DNA of 64,000 bases from Octopus vulgaris (Eukaryota), in contig OX597833.1 in assembly GCA_951406725.2 (NCBI GenBank), forward strand, positions 68,634,001 to 68,698,000, written 5' to 3'. Both the position numbers and the translations under genes were made by a program. Positions 13,491-27,629 of this stretch are shown piece after piece (position 1 is the first letter of the stretch; each line of letters starts with the position of its first letter). Below the pieces are notes generated by a model. That model searched no databases and had not been told where the DNA came from. It worked only from the letters and a program-made list of their open reading frames with translations.

Positions 13491-13516
13491 TACATACACA
13501 TTTCCATAATGTGAAC

Positions 13517-13715
13517 ATCATTACTGTCACATACTCGGAGTATTTGTGCCCTTAAGCCACACCAGGTTGCTCTATTTCGTCCAGGGAAAAATCTCTTTGA
13601 AGTCTACTGAGATTTTTTAACACAATACGTCTTTAAAGGTAACTTCCCTGGACGAAATAGCACAGTCGAAAATCGTTTAAAAACACACATACACCAAATA
13701 TGTGACTATGATAAT
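13517..13715. repeat. degenerate fold-back (MITE-like) inverted repeat
   Basis: Perfect 17-bp inverted core ctatttcgtccagggaa (13572-13588 / 13644-13660) within longer imperfect arms (gtcacata..tatgtgac). Confidence 0.7.
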
Positions 13716-13732
13716 ATGATATAATACAATAT

Positions 13733-14163
13733 GTTTCTTTATAAACCACGCAAGACTGCACACAGACGGGACAGATTACAAAGTAGAGATTTCCTTTTTG
13801 GGGAGGAAAAAAAAAATGGGGTAGGTTTTCGATCAAAAGGGATCGTAAAAGGGAAAGAAAAAAAAAGAAAAAAAGAAACGATTAATAGGCATCGTGTATC
13901 ATAGAAATGTCATGATGTAAAGTGTAAAGGGAGAAGCAGATAAGATTTATCCGTGGAAAGAAAAGCCTACGGAAAAGACCCCGTTAGCCTCGGTCAATAA
14001 TGTCACATGTTAACACATTTGTTTGCAAGTAAGTAACCCTCTGTTTTAAATTTTTGCGGGTTCATAGGATTATGCTCAAGGGGGCTTCGTCATTCATACG
14101 TGCCATCCTTGCTACATTCACCCATCTTTTTTTGAAACATTCACTAGACAAAACTTGCCTCTC
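13733..14163 (-). mobile_element. L1/Tx1-like LINE 3' end (ORF2 terminus plus 3' UTR)
   Basis: 14163-14062 encodes ERQVLSSECFKKRWVNVARMARMNDEAPLSIIL*, with the F-x-x-x-W terminus typical of L1/Tx1 ORF2. A T-rich UTR follows, ending ..tataaagaaac. Confidence 0.7.
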
Positions 14164-14889
14164 TAATAAAGTTGACATTTGTAGGGTGACAGCATTCTTT
14201 CATCCGTGCTGCATACCCCCCAGCGATACATCGACTTGCTCCCTATTACGCTATTGACATACTTTCTCACGTTATAATAGAGTTAATAATAAAATTAATT
14301 TCTATGAAACACGCTACCGTTCTTTTCTATCTTCTTCTTCATTGCCTTTTCATTTGCATGTCCTTAACGACATTCTCATTTTAGACGAGACGTTTGAATA
14401 ATTTAATAATTCTCTAAATGAATTAACCTTAACGACCGTGAGCACATTTCATGAACTATCTCCATTCATTCCAATCTTCAGAAAAATATCCCTTATCGGA
14501 AGAGTTATCGTTATAAAATAATAAAAGAAAACGTTGATATTACTGTTATTAATATTATTGTTCATGTTGTCCTCATATTTTCTTTTTCTTCTTCTTATTA
14601 TTATTTCGTCTTCTATTCATATCATTAATATTATTATTATGCTATTATAGCATTAAACGTTTTGTACCGAAAACGATGGAGAGGCAAAACATTTCCCAAG
14701 AATTATTAAAAAAATAAAAAAATAAGATAAAATACCAGTTGATTGAAAAGTACAAAATTAGAAGCCAAAAAAATTTTGCCGCACATGTATGGCTTCTTCC
14801 ACCAAAAGAGATTTCTGTACACCAAGAGCTCATTCACTTTGCAGTTATGACCTGCGCCTTCGTCTGACTGTTATCTCCGGGTATAACTG

Positions 14890-15570
14890 AAGTACTGTTC
14901 CTTTCACAAATACAAACTTGTATTTGAAAATTTGCACTCTATCTTTTATTATATTAGCCAAAAAGACAAGGATTGCTTCTCCGATAATTATGTTATCCTT
15001 TTACTTGTGATGATATACGTTCGATTGTTACGCACTCAGTCCGAAAGTATTGTGCGACATCGGATTAATAATCTTTCATCCTTAACCGACTGTAATTACT
15101 AGATATAAGTAAAGCACCGTTGTTCTCATAAATACTATTTCCTTCACTTGCACACAACTTCCAATAAGTTTTGTTACAATGTAAGATTTACTTCACGATA
15201 ATCCGTAACATTGTTCTGCTTGCCTCGGTAGGCATTCGAATGTCATGCTCGAATTTGTCAGCTACGGAATAACATCGAAGATATAATTTTATTCTGTCAC
15301 CCTACTAAACTATAACACTGTCCTTTTCGTCCCGGCTTGTACTGGAGTGTTAGACTCTCGTTGTCCCTAATCAAGGAGCGATATCGGAGATATAATCACT
15401 CACCCTTAACCAGTTCTTAACTCCTCACAAATACTGGTTTCGTTTCTTAAAGGGACAAGGCCTCCTTCTCCAATAATTTATAATATCGTTCTGCTAGTCA
15501 CGATATAGGTATGAGTGTTACACTCTTAAATTCCTTAAGTACGAAACAACATCGAAAATATATATTCGAA
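14890..15570. repeat. ancient degenerate tandem repeat (~110-215 bp units, 4-5 partial copies)
   Basis: Recurring ordered motifs gacaagg..cttctcc(g/a)ataat, taa(c/t)a.(c/t)gt.ct, gagtgtta, (g/a)a(c/t)atcg(g/a)a..tataat, tca(t/c)ccttaacc and tca(c/t)aaatac. Confidence 0.6.
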
Positions 15571-16751
15571 CTATTTAACAATGATACAACGTTATGAAAA
15601 TTTATAAATATACGCATGTAAATCTGAAATAATAATTATATAACATGGAACTTTCATGAGTCCGTTTGATAATAATAATAATAACTGTAAAATTTATAAA
15701 TATTTCCTTTATTGCGTCTCGTCTGTCTTCGATAGTATTCAAGAGCGCTTCATAATACATTCACGATGATAGACTTGGCTTTAGGAAATATTCATTTATG
15801 TTAAATACTTTGCGCCTTTTTTCTCCTTGTTCTCACATGTCTGCTGTTCTCTTTTCATTCTCATCAATATTTAATTCGATTTCCTTATGATCCAGTTGAA
15901 ATTTGTTCACCAACTGTCAGACAATATCTTGTTTAAACATTCACACTTTTATATCAACTGCTCGAAATCAGATTGTTGTATTCAGAACGGCTTTACATAA
16001 TTTCACGATTCACCTGACATAATGTAATTCTAAATTATGACTAACATATTTTATTCCTACACACTTGTAGTTGTTGTAATTCTTCTTCTTCTTCATGTTA
16101 TTATCTTATCCTTATTATAGTTATTATTGTTATTGTCGTGTTGTTGTTGTTAATGTTGTGGCAAAATAAAAGTCATTTCTATTCCTGATCAATGGCTGAA
16201 AGGCTAAAGGTCAACTGATTTCTAAGAATGATTGCGTTATATTCTTTGTGAATTTAAATAGCGGATACTACTTTCCATTAGAAGTGGCACACAGCAGACA
16301 TACTAGGAACGCATATACAAACACACAGGCACAAATGCAATTTCCACATATATACACACACGTATTCATTTGTACACTTGCACGTGGGAGTTTATACATT
16401 CCAACCATATTCTACTCACTTACAAACACAACACATGATCTTCGCTGATTTGTTGTGTCTGGATAAAGGACGAGATATTCATGGTTTCGATTCTTTTTGT
16501 TCTTAGCTTTCCATTTTCAGCCTTCATCTGAGATAAAACAAACAGTAACCAAAAGCTTAGGCGAATGCACATCAGCAAATATTTACACACACATACACAC
16601 ACTTTTACACATGAAGGTATGGCGTTTATGCTTTTGCTTACGATCATAATACCGTGGGTTCAGTTTCTGCTCCGCACAGTGTTTTGATTCTGATTTAGGC
16701 ACTCCATATGGCTTTGCCCCTAAGTACCCAGTTGAATGTTGAGACACCTCC

Positions 16752-16789
<38 letters not shown>

Positions 16790-16998
16790 TCCACTTTCCC
16801 AGCTCTGGCTGTCACGTCAGGGCTGTGCCACCGGTTGAAAAGGATGGAGTCTTCAGTGTGTATCTGTGTCTGTTGCCCTCGACTAATTCGACTCCTAACA
16901 AAATTAGCTAGCTACAAACAGTCATGAGTGATAATTGGTGCTTGCACAAACAGTCACGTGCACAAATAAAACTATACATCCACACACACACACACACA

Positions 16999-17196
16999 CA
17001 TCGGTTGTCAAGCAATGATGGGGGAACAAACATACAAACATATATATATATATATATATACGACGGGCTTCTTTCAGTTTCCGTCTGCCAAATCCACTCA
17101 CAAGTTTTGGACGGCCCAAGGTGCCAAGCAGTGGGTCTGAGCCCGGAACGATGTGGTTTGTAAGCAAGCTACTTACCACACAGCCACTCCTGCGCC
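16999..17196 (-). mobile_element. SINE family A 5' half with internal deletion
   Basis: Head and body are present; ggcccaaggtgcc replaces ggcccggggctatagcagaagacacttgcccaaggtgcc. Confidence 0.85.
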
Positions 17197-17830
17197 TATA
17201 ACCTACTACAACCTACATAAATTCCAGGCCTTGTGCCCAATATCTAAATTGAGAGAGAGAGACGTAACCGTTGAATGACTTTGATGTCGTTTCCATCAGA
17301 TCGGCTAAGCTCAAGCAAGGCTACGACAAAAGGCATCATGCATGTGGCCACTCTGTAATTTCATTCATTCTTCAGTTTCGTATATGTGTGCGGTACGTGT
17401 GGTATGTGTGTGTGTGAGTGTGTGCGTGTGTGTGTGTGCGTGTTTGAGTGTGTCTGTGTTTTCTTTGTAGTAACACTGGGTAAAATAATGCTTAATCAAT
17501 CAACTGTCAAGAACCATTTCTCTAAAGTACAACATAAGATTAGGTTGCAAATTGTGTGTTTGTATATACAGGCATGAAGATTGATAGATACTTACAATTG
17601 CAAGAACTTACATCTATATGCTCATAATATAAATATTTATGTAACGGAGAGAGCGCACGTCATTAGAAATGATTCTTTTACTAATGCATAAATTTTCATA
17701 AGTTAAAAGAAATCCACACATGTAGAGATGGTTGGTAAAAGAATTATTGAAACTTATTACATGTATAAACATCACAAGCCTAAAACATTGATACAGTGTG
17801 ACACGAAAATTCTTCATCATCATGATGCAA

Positions 17831-18262
17831 CAGATAAATCATCTACGTGTCCCTTCATCGGTGAGAAAATAATATATCAATCAGATAAAAACATTTACAT
17901 GTCCCTTCTTCAGCGGAGACCATATAACTATCAGATAATAACATTTACATGTCCCTTTCTTCAGCGGAGACCATATAACTATCAGATAATAACATTTACA
18001 TGTCCTTTCTTCAGCGGAGACCATATAACTATCAGATAATAACATGTACATGTCCTTTCTTCAGCGGAGACCATATAACTATCAGATAATAACATTTACA
18101 TGTCCCTTCTTCAGCGGAGACCATATAACTATCAGATAATAACATGTACATGTCCTTTCTTCAGCGGAGACCATATAACTATCAGATAATAACATTTACA
18201 TGTCCCTTCTTCAGCGGAGACCATACAACTATCAGATAAAAACCTGCACGTACCCCTTCTCC
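17831..18262. repeat. 50-bp minisatellite: 7 near-identical units (17890-18240) plus degenerate edge units
   Basis: Unit aacatttacatgtcccttcttcagcggagaccatataactatcagataat starts at 17890, 17940, 17991, 18041, 18091, 18141 and 18191. Confidence 0.97.
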
Positions 18263-18480
18263 TTATATTTAATGACCGAATTAATGAAAGATATGAAGAT
18301 GCATTAACAATGACATGAAATGTCTTGCATGTTAGGTGGTTGCAATCAATCTCGTTCATTGAACTCGATAGTTTCTTTCTATTAATGTGTTCCAGATGAT
18401 GTTACGATTTTCATGTACTAAGAATTATTTTTTCTAACTCTACTCATTGAACTGTGGCCATGTCACTATACCACTTCCAC

Positions 18481-18694
18481 CCTTAGCATAGTTCTAACAG
18501 GAATTCAGCGTGACAGAGAGAGTGACATTGCTGGCCCTTTGAAATACGGGTACACCTCATTCTTGGCAGCTTAGTGGACTGGAACAACGTGAAATAAAGT
18601 GTCTTGCTCAAGGACACAACGCGTCGCCTAGAATTGAACTCATGAAATAATGACCATGAGCTGAATACCTTAACCACTAAGCCACGCACCTTCA
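18481..18694 (-). mobile_element. tRNA-headed SINE family C (3'-incomplete)
   Basis: Minus strand: tggcttagtgg (A box), gagttcaattc (B box), tgtgtccttgagcaagacactttatttcacgttg, then tttcaaagggccagcaatgtcactctctctgtcacgctgaat. Confidence 0.85.
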
Positions 18695-18918
18695 TATTCA
18701 TACTGCAGATATGTGTGTGTGTGTTTGTGTTTGTGTATACATATATGTATGCCTATGTGTAGAGTTGTTCAGCCTATTGGTAAAGTCCTAGTTTACTGTA
18801 TCGTTCATTTTTATTATGTGAAACCGCGTTATTTTTTTACACTCTGTTTCCTCAAACAATTCTTTCTCTCATCGACGACTTATCTGTTGTAAATATTATG
18901 CCATTAACCGGAATATAT

Positions 18919-18986
<68 letters not shown>

Positions 18987-19639
18987 GTGTGTATGTATGT
19001 ATTAAATCTTCGTACGTTACTTCATGTGTCTTGCCATACTCATTTCCTTTCAAGCTCTCAAGTTATGAAAAATAATATTGTATGCTGTGGTACATTATTA
19101 CTTCCTTGATAACTACGTGCCGTATGCTTTTGCTTTAGCTGCTAGTTATCTTCTCCAGAAATGGACTTTAGTGCATATGGTTATTTACCACACATTATTT
19201 TAATCTGACACAAATGTGATAGGAAATAGAAACTATTTAGCTTATTTCGTCAGTGAAAAACATGCTTAGCTTGTATCAATATTGTTTCTTTCTCTACCAT
19301 AAATCTCTGTTTGAAAAGGTTTGGGGAGTCAATATTTTTTTTGGCTTCGAAGACTATGAAATTTTCTCAGAATTCAATTTAGTTTGTGATTGGCAAAACG
19401 CTGCGTGTTTATGTAGTAACTTGAACTTTTCCCCCCTCACCAATTGTCACCGTGTTCTTCTACCTAAAGCTTAGCAACTAGTTATCAATTTTCCTCATGC
19501 AGTTAGCCATAACAACGTTCGTTTCTATATTTACTGACTATTGTCGTCTATCTTCTTTGCTTTTGTTACGTCCTTTGCTTATTTTCATTTTCGTAATTGT
19601 GCCCAACGAAATTGCGTGTTCTTTTTATCTTTTTACCTT

Positions 19640-20200
19640 AGTTATAACCTTTTGCTAAAGTAGGAGAACCAAGTGAGGATTTTATTAATATGTATAAAAT
19701 CGAAGGTGTGGTGGGAACTGTGTAACATCAGAGGAAGTGTATTGTCGTTTATTGCTAGGGACCTGCATCTTTTCGTCCAAGTCGGTGATGCTGTAAGCAG
19801 TAAGCAGATCGAACAAAACTCACCTGTATACTTCGGTGGCCTTTTGCCATCGTTATATAATATCATTAGTTTAAAGCACCTACTTATTCTGTACATTAGC
19901 AAGGTGTTAACTGGATTTTTTATGCCTTGTTTTCCCATTCATTTACTTTATATTGTTAGATTGCTTTTCCATTAATTTACTTTATATCGCTGGATTGCCA
20001 ATAGAATGTTCGTTTCGTCTCGGTCCCGGAAGACCTGTGGAGAATTTTGTTATTCCATTTGCCCTACCGGGTTTGGTTTCTAAACATTGCTACGGTATTC
20101 GTTGTATGTTATATTCGTGGTTAAAGTCGATGCAAAATTGCTTCGAGTCTACAACATCTGCCACTTTTGGGAGTACTTCGGGAAATCATGTTATTCAAAC
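19640..20200 (-). mobile_element. highly decayed LINE RT N-terminal remnant (contains a 34-35 bp tandem duplication at 19930-19998)
   Basis: Minus frames KPGRANG, CFKLMILYNDGKRPPKYTGEFCSICLL, TFD and ILTWFSYFSKR appear in the order of LINE motifs K.GKAPG / W-K..I.K.GK....YRPISLL / AFD / LL.W...FL.R. Confidence 0.45.
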
Positions 20201-21628
20201 CCCCCTGATTTGATCTACCAAAAGTATTGCCTGATCTGAAGAAGATGCAACCGCTTCATCGATGTTTCCGTCTTCAACGAGAGCAGCCTCATGTTTTTTT
20301 CTTTACGATGATCGGTAATTTTAAAATAAATTAAATACGTCATACAATTTACAACTATAGATTAATACCTGTCATATGCTATGATCGATTCAATGATTTA
20401 TGCCTTTCGATGAGAAATCCAAACTTTTCTACATGTCTAAAGAAATCAATGGTTTTTATGCCATTCAAGTACGAGAAACAGGATTGGAAAATCTTCCAAA
20501 ATCTCAAGTAATCAATGCAATTCCGTTTAAATATTAGAAAAAAGGGAACAGATTTCGTTCTTTACTGTTCTATGTCTTTTGTTTTAGCTGACTTTTTTTT
20601 TTATTAATTCTCAATATGGTGTCTCAAGAGAAACGTTTATGATGATAGAGATTGTTCATACTCAACATAGAAATGTTTCGTATATAAAAACAAAATTCCT
20701 TTCTTCTATTCCGCAGCTGAATAACGAATCGCTAAATGCATAAAAATATAAAATAAAATAGCACAAATCTATTTGAAAATTTAAACGAAAAACGAATGGA
20801 AGTCAAAGAAGCACAAGAATTCATACCATTATTTGAATACTTTTCAATTTTTTTTATCTCTTAACTCTTTCCAGTAGCGATAAAAATAAAATAAAACTAT
20901 ATATGTATTATAAAAATTTTACTGATAAGCTGAACGAAATGATAAATAGTTTTCATAGAGCAGAACTGGATAATGTTGTAAGATAATTATAAACCATTCA
21001 GCTCATTCGATATTTCTACCTGTATCTGAAGCGTTTCCGCTTCTTCGATTTTTATTATTCATATTTTGTGATTTTGTCGTGCTAACGGGAATATTAGCAA
21101 TACAAATCTTTATCACGGCGTCACAAAAAGAAAACAGTTGAAAATACAAAATGCAAAAAAGAGAAAGAAAGAAAGCGGTGCATAGTTTTCAGTTAATATT
21201 CATTTCCTTTTTTCGTGACTAATACCGAAGAGAGAGGAGGTAGGCTTGCAACTAAATCCATACAATGTTGTAATTTCTATATCTGGTGGAAGCAAATTCA
21301 ATTTATTTCTATTTCGACGAAAGGAAAAAAAATATATGGGAGAAAGAACAAATGGCTGCCCATATAATTTTCAATCAGCTAAAATATAGGGCTTTTTTAC
21401 CGAGTAAAACAGCAACAAAACTGGTGCACAATGTACAACAAGTATTAGCGTGAAAGATCGGAACATGGTGGGAGTCAAATCCTAACCTGAAGTATTGTTC
21501 TTAATTATATACAGCTAAGTCCGGGAGAAATGATGAACAGGAAAGCAGCTAATATTGCTCATGTGCCATATAAGGTACATAATCTCTGTTTAATACCAGG
21601 TATATCAAAATATGTTTCGTTCTATTAA

Positions 21629-21936
21629 ACCCTTACCCGGCAGAAACGAATATATGCGTTTTGACCGAAATCGTTTTTTTCCATCTCTGGCGAGTTAACT
21701 CGTCAAAAGATAGACTCGCCAAAATCGACAGCAAACCAGTTCCTTCGTCTAAAAACGGGTTAACACGTTTCTGCCCAATGCCTTAATTTAAAATCAATAT
21801 TATTGAATTAAAATTCATAATAAATAAGGTTTGAAATATACCTCGAAATCACCATTCAAAACATAGTAAAATAAAACAATTAAAAATTATGTCTGAAAAA
21901 ATACATTTATTTTCAAAATAATTGTTGGGTAAGGGG
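21629..21936. mobile_element. piggyBac-type MITE candidate
   Basis: TTAA at 21625-21628 and 21937-21940 flank imperfect TIRs ACCCTTACCCGGCA / CCCCTTACCCAACA (rc); non-coding interior. Confidence 0.55.
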
Positions 21937-22332
21937 TTAAATGACTCACTGTTTTTGAACACTTACTGTCTAAAGCGAGAAAAGTCCACCACAGCAAATT
22001 GGCAATAAGTACGGCAGTCGTACACACGAAATGTGTATTAAATGTATTTGAACTGAGCAAAATGTTTGATGAATTCACAACATTGATTTGGTGCACTCAG
22101 AATTTTGTTTCAGCTGGGATCGGAGTCGCGGCCGATCAGGTCATACTTTGGTGCTGATTTGCTATAAGGAGACAAGTGTTTCCGAAGTCATTTCCGACTC
22201 GGTTCTGTTGCCCAATATGGTGTTGTTGGTGGCCAAGAAGCTGAGAATGCATTAACGGTCCTTTTCAGAGGGAGACTTGAGACGAGTGCTTGGGCTATTT
22301 CAACACCTATTACCGAAAAATAATTCTTTACA

Positions 22333-22741
22333 GCGCAGGAGTGGCTGTGTGGTAAGTAGTTTGTTTACGAACCACATGGTTCCAGGTTCAGTCCCACTGC
22401 GTGGCACCTTGGGCAAGTGTCTTCTACTATAGCCTCGGGCCGACTAAAGCCTTGTGAGTGGATTTGGTAGACGGAAACTGAAAGAAGAACGTCGTATATA
22501 TGTATATATATATATAAGTGTGTGTGTGTTTGTGTGTCTGTATTTGTCCCCCTAGCATTGCTTGACAACCGATGTTGGTGTGTTTATGTCCCCGTTACAT
22601 AGCGGTTCGGCAAAAAGAGACCGATAAAATAAGTACCGGGCTTACAAAAGAATAGGTCTCGGGGTCGAGTTGCTCGATTAAAGGCGGTGCTCCAGCATGG
22701 CCGTAGTCAAATGACTGAAACAAGTAAAAGAGTAAAAGAGT
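22333..22741 (+). mobile_element. full-length SINE family A
   Basis: Colinear with the 8895 copy; tail caagtaaaagagtaaaagag. Confidence 0.92.
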
Positions 22742-23547
22742 AAGTAGAGTGAATTCACCCTTTGTACTGGTCAAACAAGTTCCAAACAAATTTTTTTTTG
22801 TTCGTAATATTGCTCTCGTGTGCCCACTAGGAAGTAAGTGTGTGTGTCTGTGTGTCGCTTTTGCTGTTGTTTCGACATTGTGTAATTAACATTACTTGCA
22901 AAATTAAAACAAGTATTTCCTGGTTACTACCATCAATATCTAACATACCAGGTTAATAATATTTCTTCCATCATTATTTTATCTGGAATTATTTCCACAT
23001 CTTCAGGCAATCTCTGCTTCAATTGATTTAACGTAAAACCTATTACGAGCGAAATTCAAAATCTATTGGAATGTATTTGATTTGAATGAAATTTAAAAAA
23101 AAATAATGAAGAATGCCGTCTGATTAATGCAAATAACTACGTATAAATATATTAAACAGGCTAAGTAAATGTATTCAGGTAAAATAGGAAATGTTTATTG
23201 AGAAAGCAAAGAAAAGCAGAAAATGCAAAGAAACCGAGAAAAAAAGACTGATTTGCATTATGACAATGATGTTGCATTACGTACGACTGTGTGTGTCGTA
23301 CGTACTTTGCACTCGATGTTTCATGTTTCTCTATATTTAAGAAATAACACTAACTTTTATTTATATACATTTACATATTCATGCATGTGAGTGAGTGAGT
23401 GAATGAGTGAGTGAGCGGGTGAGTGATTGAGTGAATTAATGAGTGAGTATTGTGTGTGTGTGCACGTACGTATTTGTCTTACTGCTTCTATGCACTTGGA
23501 TGCGTCTGTATACTTATGTGTATGAATGCGTGTTTATGTACGAATGT

Positions 23548-23763
23548 ATTTCACTACTGCCCATAAGGGGCTAAACACAGAGGGGACAAACGGATTATGT
23601 CGATTACATCGACCCCAGGGCGTAACTGGTACTTAATTTATCGACCCCGAAAGGATGAAAGGCAAAGTCGACCTCGGCGGAATTTGAACTCAGAATGTAA
23701 AGACAGACGAAATACGGCTACGCATTTCGCGCGGCGTGCTAACGAGTCTGCCAGCTCGCCGCC
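23548..23763 (-). mobile_element. SINE family B with target-site duplication
   Basis: Minus strand: ggcggcgagctggcag..gttagc...gagttcaaattcc (B box), then gcctttcatcctttcggggtcgataaattaagtaccag (resembles the Meta/Sauria-SINE central domain). TSD ttatgta(c/a)gaatgt at 23534-23547 and 23764-23777. Confidence 0.9.
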
Positions 23764-24978
23764 TTATGTAAGAATGTTCATATGCTTGAAATTGTTTAAC
23801 CACACTTTCCATCTCTTCTTAATTTCTCCCCCTATTTTCTTATTTCTGTCCCTTAAACTCAGATAATTACCTGGTTAATGCATCCACACCACAGATTCTT
23901 AGAATGGATTGGTCAAGTGGTACCTGCACATTACAACGAAGATAAAATCAAATCTATTTCATATACTATTGCATTCCTCCACAGTTGTGGATGTGCCGCA
24001 TATATTTGAGTAAACATCCATGCGTGCGTTTAAGCATATAACTATACATATAGTCATAAATAAATTTTATATAGACCTAATTAATAAGTTGGATACGGAA
24101 GGACCAACGTTGAAAGCCATCTATATAATACAATTTTTCTCTACTGTCTGCTGTTTCAATGTTTTCCTACTAAGCTCTAAATTCGATTTGTAATTCTGGA
24201 AGGCAAATTTATAAAATATACAACTTCGTCTACATGAAAATAATCAATAAATTGCGATAATAAATCAAAAAGAAACTCAAGAAAATCATAGAGAGATTTA
24301 AAACTTATATGACTTGGTAATTACAAATTAATTAATAGCTTTTATTTTATATATTTTTTTAATAACAGAGCACCTTCAGGTTAACAACGCTCTTCATCTT
24401 GACTCAGAATTTTTGCTTCTTAGGTATAATTAACTGAACGATTCTCATCATTTAACTGTCTAAATATTTGAGATGTCTATCCGCTAACATAACATTTCGT
24501 CCATTAACCGGCTATCACCTTTTTGTTTAGATGCTTGGCTTTCGATGTTTATATGTACACAGTGCATTGATTCGACGCACCTCTATCGTCATCAGGTGTT
24601 TTAATACTGTTGTTTCGTAAAAAAAAGAAAACTTACTCTCTTTAAATCGGTTTTATCGTTCTCACCTCACGAATGTTAAGTAATGAGCAAAAGGGTACGA
24701 TCACAAATAAATGTGACTGGAATGGAATTCTTTCAAAAAGTCTTCGGACTAAAGTTACTTGAAAGAGTGTAGCTCGGAGATGAGAGATACTCTGTAGGTC
24801 GAAACACTTGCGAAAAGAATGTCAGAGAATAAAGGACGTGCCCCACAGCAACATGGGTAAGTTACAGCTACCAAAGTTCCGTGCACACCGCTGTCTCCTG
24901 ATAGAAACGATATGGATACCAGCTGTGTGTGCGCGTGTCTGTGTGTATATATATATGTGGGTATGCGCTTGTGCATTC

Positions 24979-25017
<39 letters not shown>

Positions 25018-25129
25018 CGCTTGTGCGTGTGTTTAAGTGTGCGTGCGTGAGTTTTATGTTTATGTATGCAGTTCTTCCATACACCAAATGTTAACTGGTG
25101 GATGGATAGATAGATAGATAACTAGATAT

Positions 25130-25285
25130 GTGGTAGCCGTCTCCCCAAATTCCGGTTACCAAATTCGATCACAAGGCATAGGCCGGTACAGGTCACAACA
25201 GAAGTCTCTCCACACAGTGAAACCGAGCCTGAAACCCAGGTGTGTGCAAAGCGAACTCCATTAGCAAACAGCTATATCTTTGCCT
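25130..25285 (-). mobile_element. old degenerate SINE family A, 5' half
   Basis: ttccggttaccaaattcgatcacaaggc...agaag...cacagtgaaaccgagcctgaaacc is colinear with the family A head. Confidence 0.5.
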
Positions 25286-25689
25286 ATATCGATACAAAAG
25301 CAAATCATTCCATTCTAAAGAAGAGGATCTCAGCATTCTTAATCCTATTAACACCAATTCATGTCAGACAGTAATAAACAAGCGGAAGTCGAAGGAAATG
25401 AGATCAGCGCGATCGAAATGTCATGCCGATGTACACATCGATATAGCTTATATCTTTAGATAAGATTTATAATCCGAGAAATAAAAATTTAATAACCATT
25501 ACAAGCAGCAGAAAAACCACGTGATGTCAAATGTAAACCAAACCTATCGTACCTTGGTGTGGCGGTAAATAGTGAATATTGTTATCTCAGCCTATTGTAA
25601 TCTCTACGGAATATTCGATTAAATATATTAATCCAGCCACTAGGTCATTCATTTTGCAACAGTACATATTAAGCAACGGTGCTTCTGTA

Positions 25690-27160
<1,471 letters not shown>

Positions 27161-27629
27161 TTTATGCACATTTATATCTATTCATGTGTGTCTTTGGGTT
27201 TGTTTTTTTCCGCGGCAGTATAACAACTGGCAATGATTTGTTCGACAAAACACTTCAGGTAACCTAGTATGGCTGCAATCTAATGAGTGAAACAAAAAAA
27301 AATAAAAATGAGCTTTAAATATATTTTTTAAAATTCTTTTGACTGACAACTTGTCACACATAGAATAAATATTTGCTGTCTGAATACTTGAAAAAGTTGC
27401 AGCCAGTATTCTTGCAAACAGATCGTCCATGTTTATGTCACATAAAAATCAAAATACAAAAGAAGATATAAGATATAACATAATTCTCAAGACATTTTAT
27501 ACTGCAATAATCAAGATTTATGAAATATTTTCTAGTTGCTCGTGCATTGTTACTCGGAGAAAGTATAATAAAATTGATGTCATGGATTCACAAGATGTAT
27601 TTTCTTACTGTTTATATGTATGTGTATGC

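Noticed and set aside
17890-18240. CRISPR-like array, or coding repeat (ORF 17728-18039)
   Set aside because: The units abut with no unique spacers, there are no cas genes, the context is eukaryotic, and the 50-bp period breaks the frame.
22115-22300. GC-richer island as an exon or TE ORF
   Set aside because: No splice signals or motif I can identify.
24405-24430. Additional AG|GT recursive sites (ttcttag|gtataa here; ctatag|gtgcga at ~48045)
   Set aside because: Weak donors and/or nearby upstream AGs; expected by chance in AT-rich DNA.
24560-24600. Hammerhead (minus strand AACAC-CTGATGA...GAAT)
   Set aside because: The GAAA box and stem III are broken; too decayed to call.
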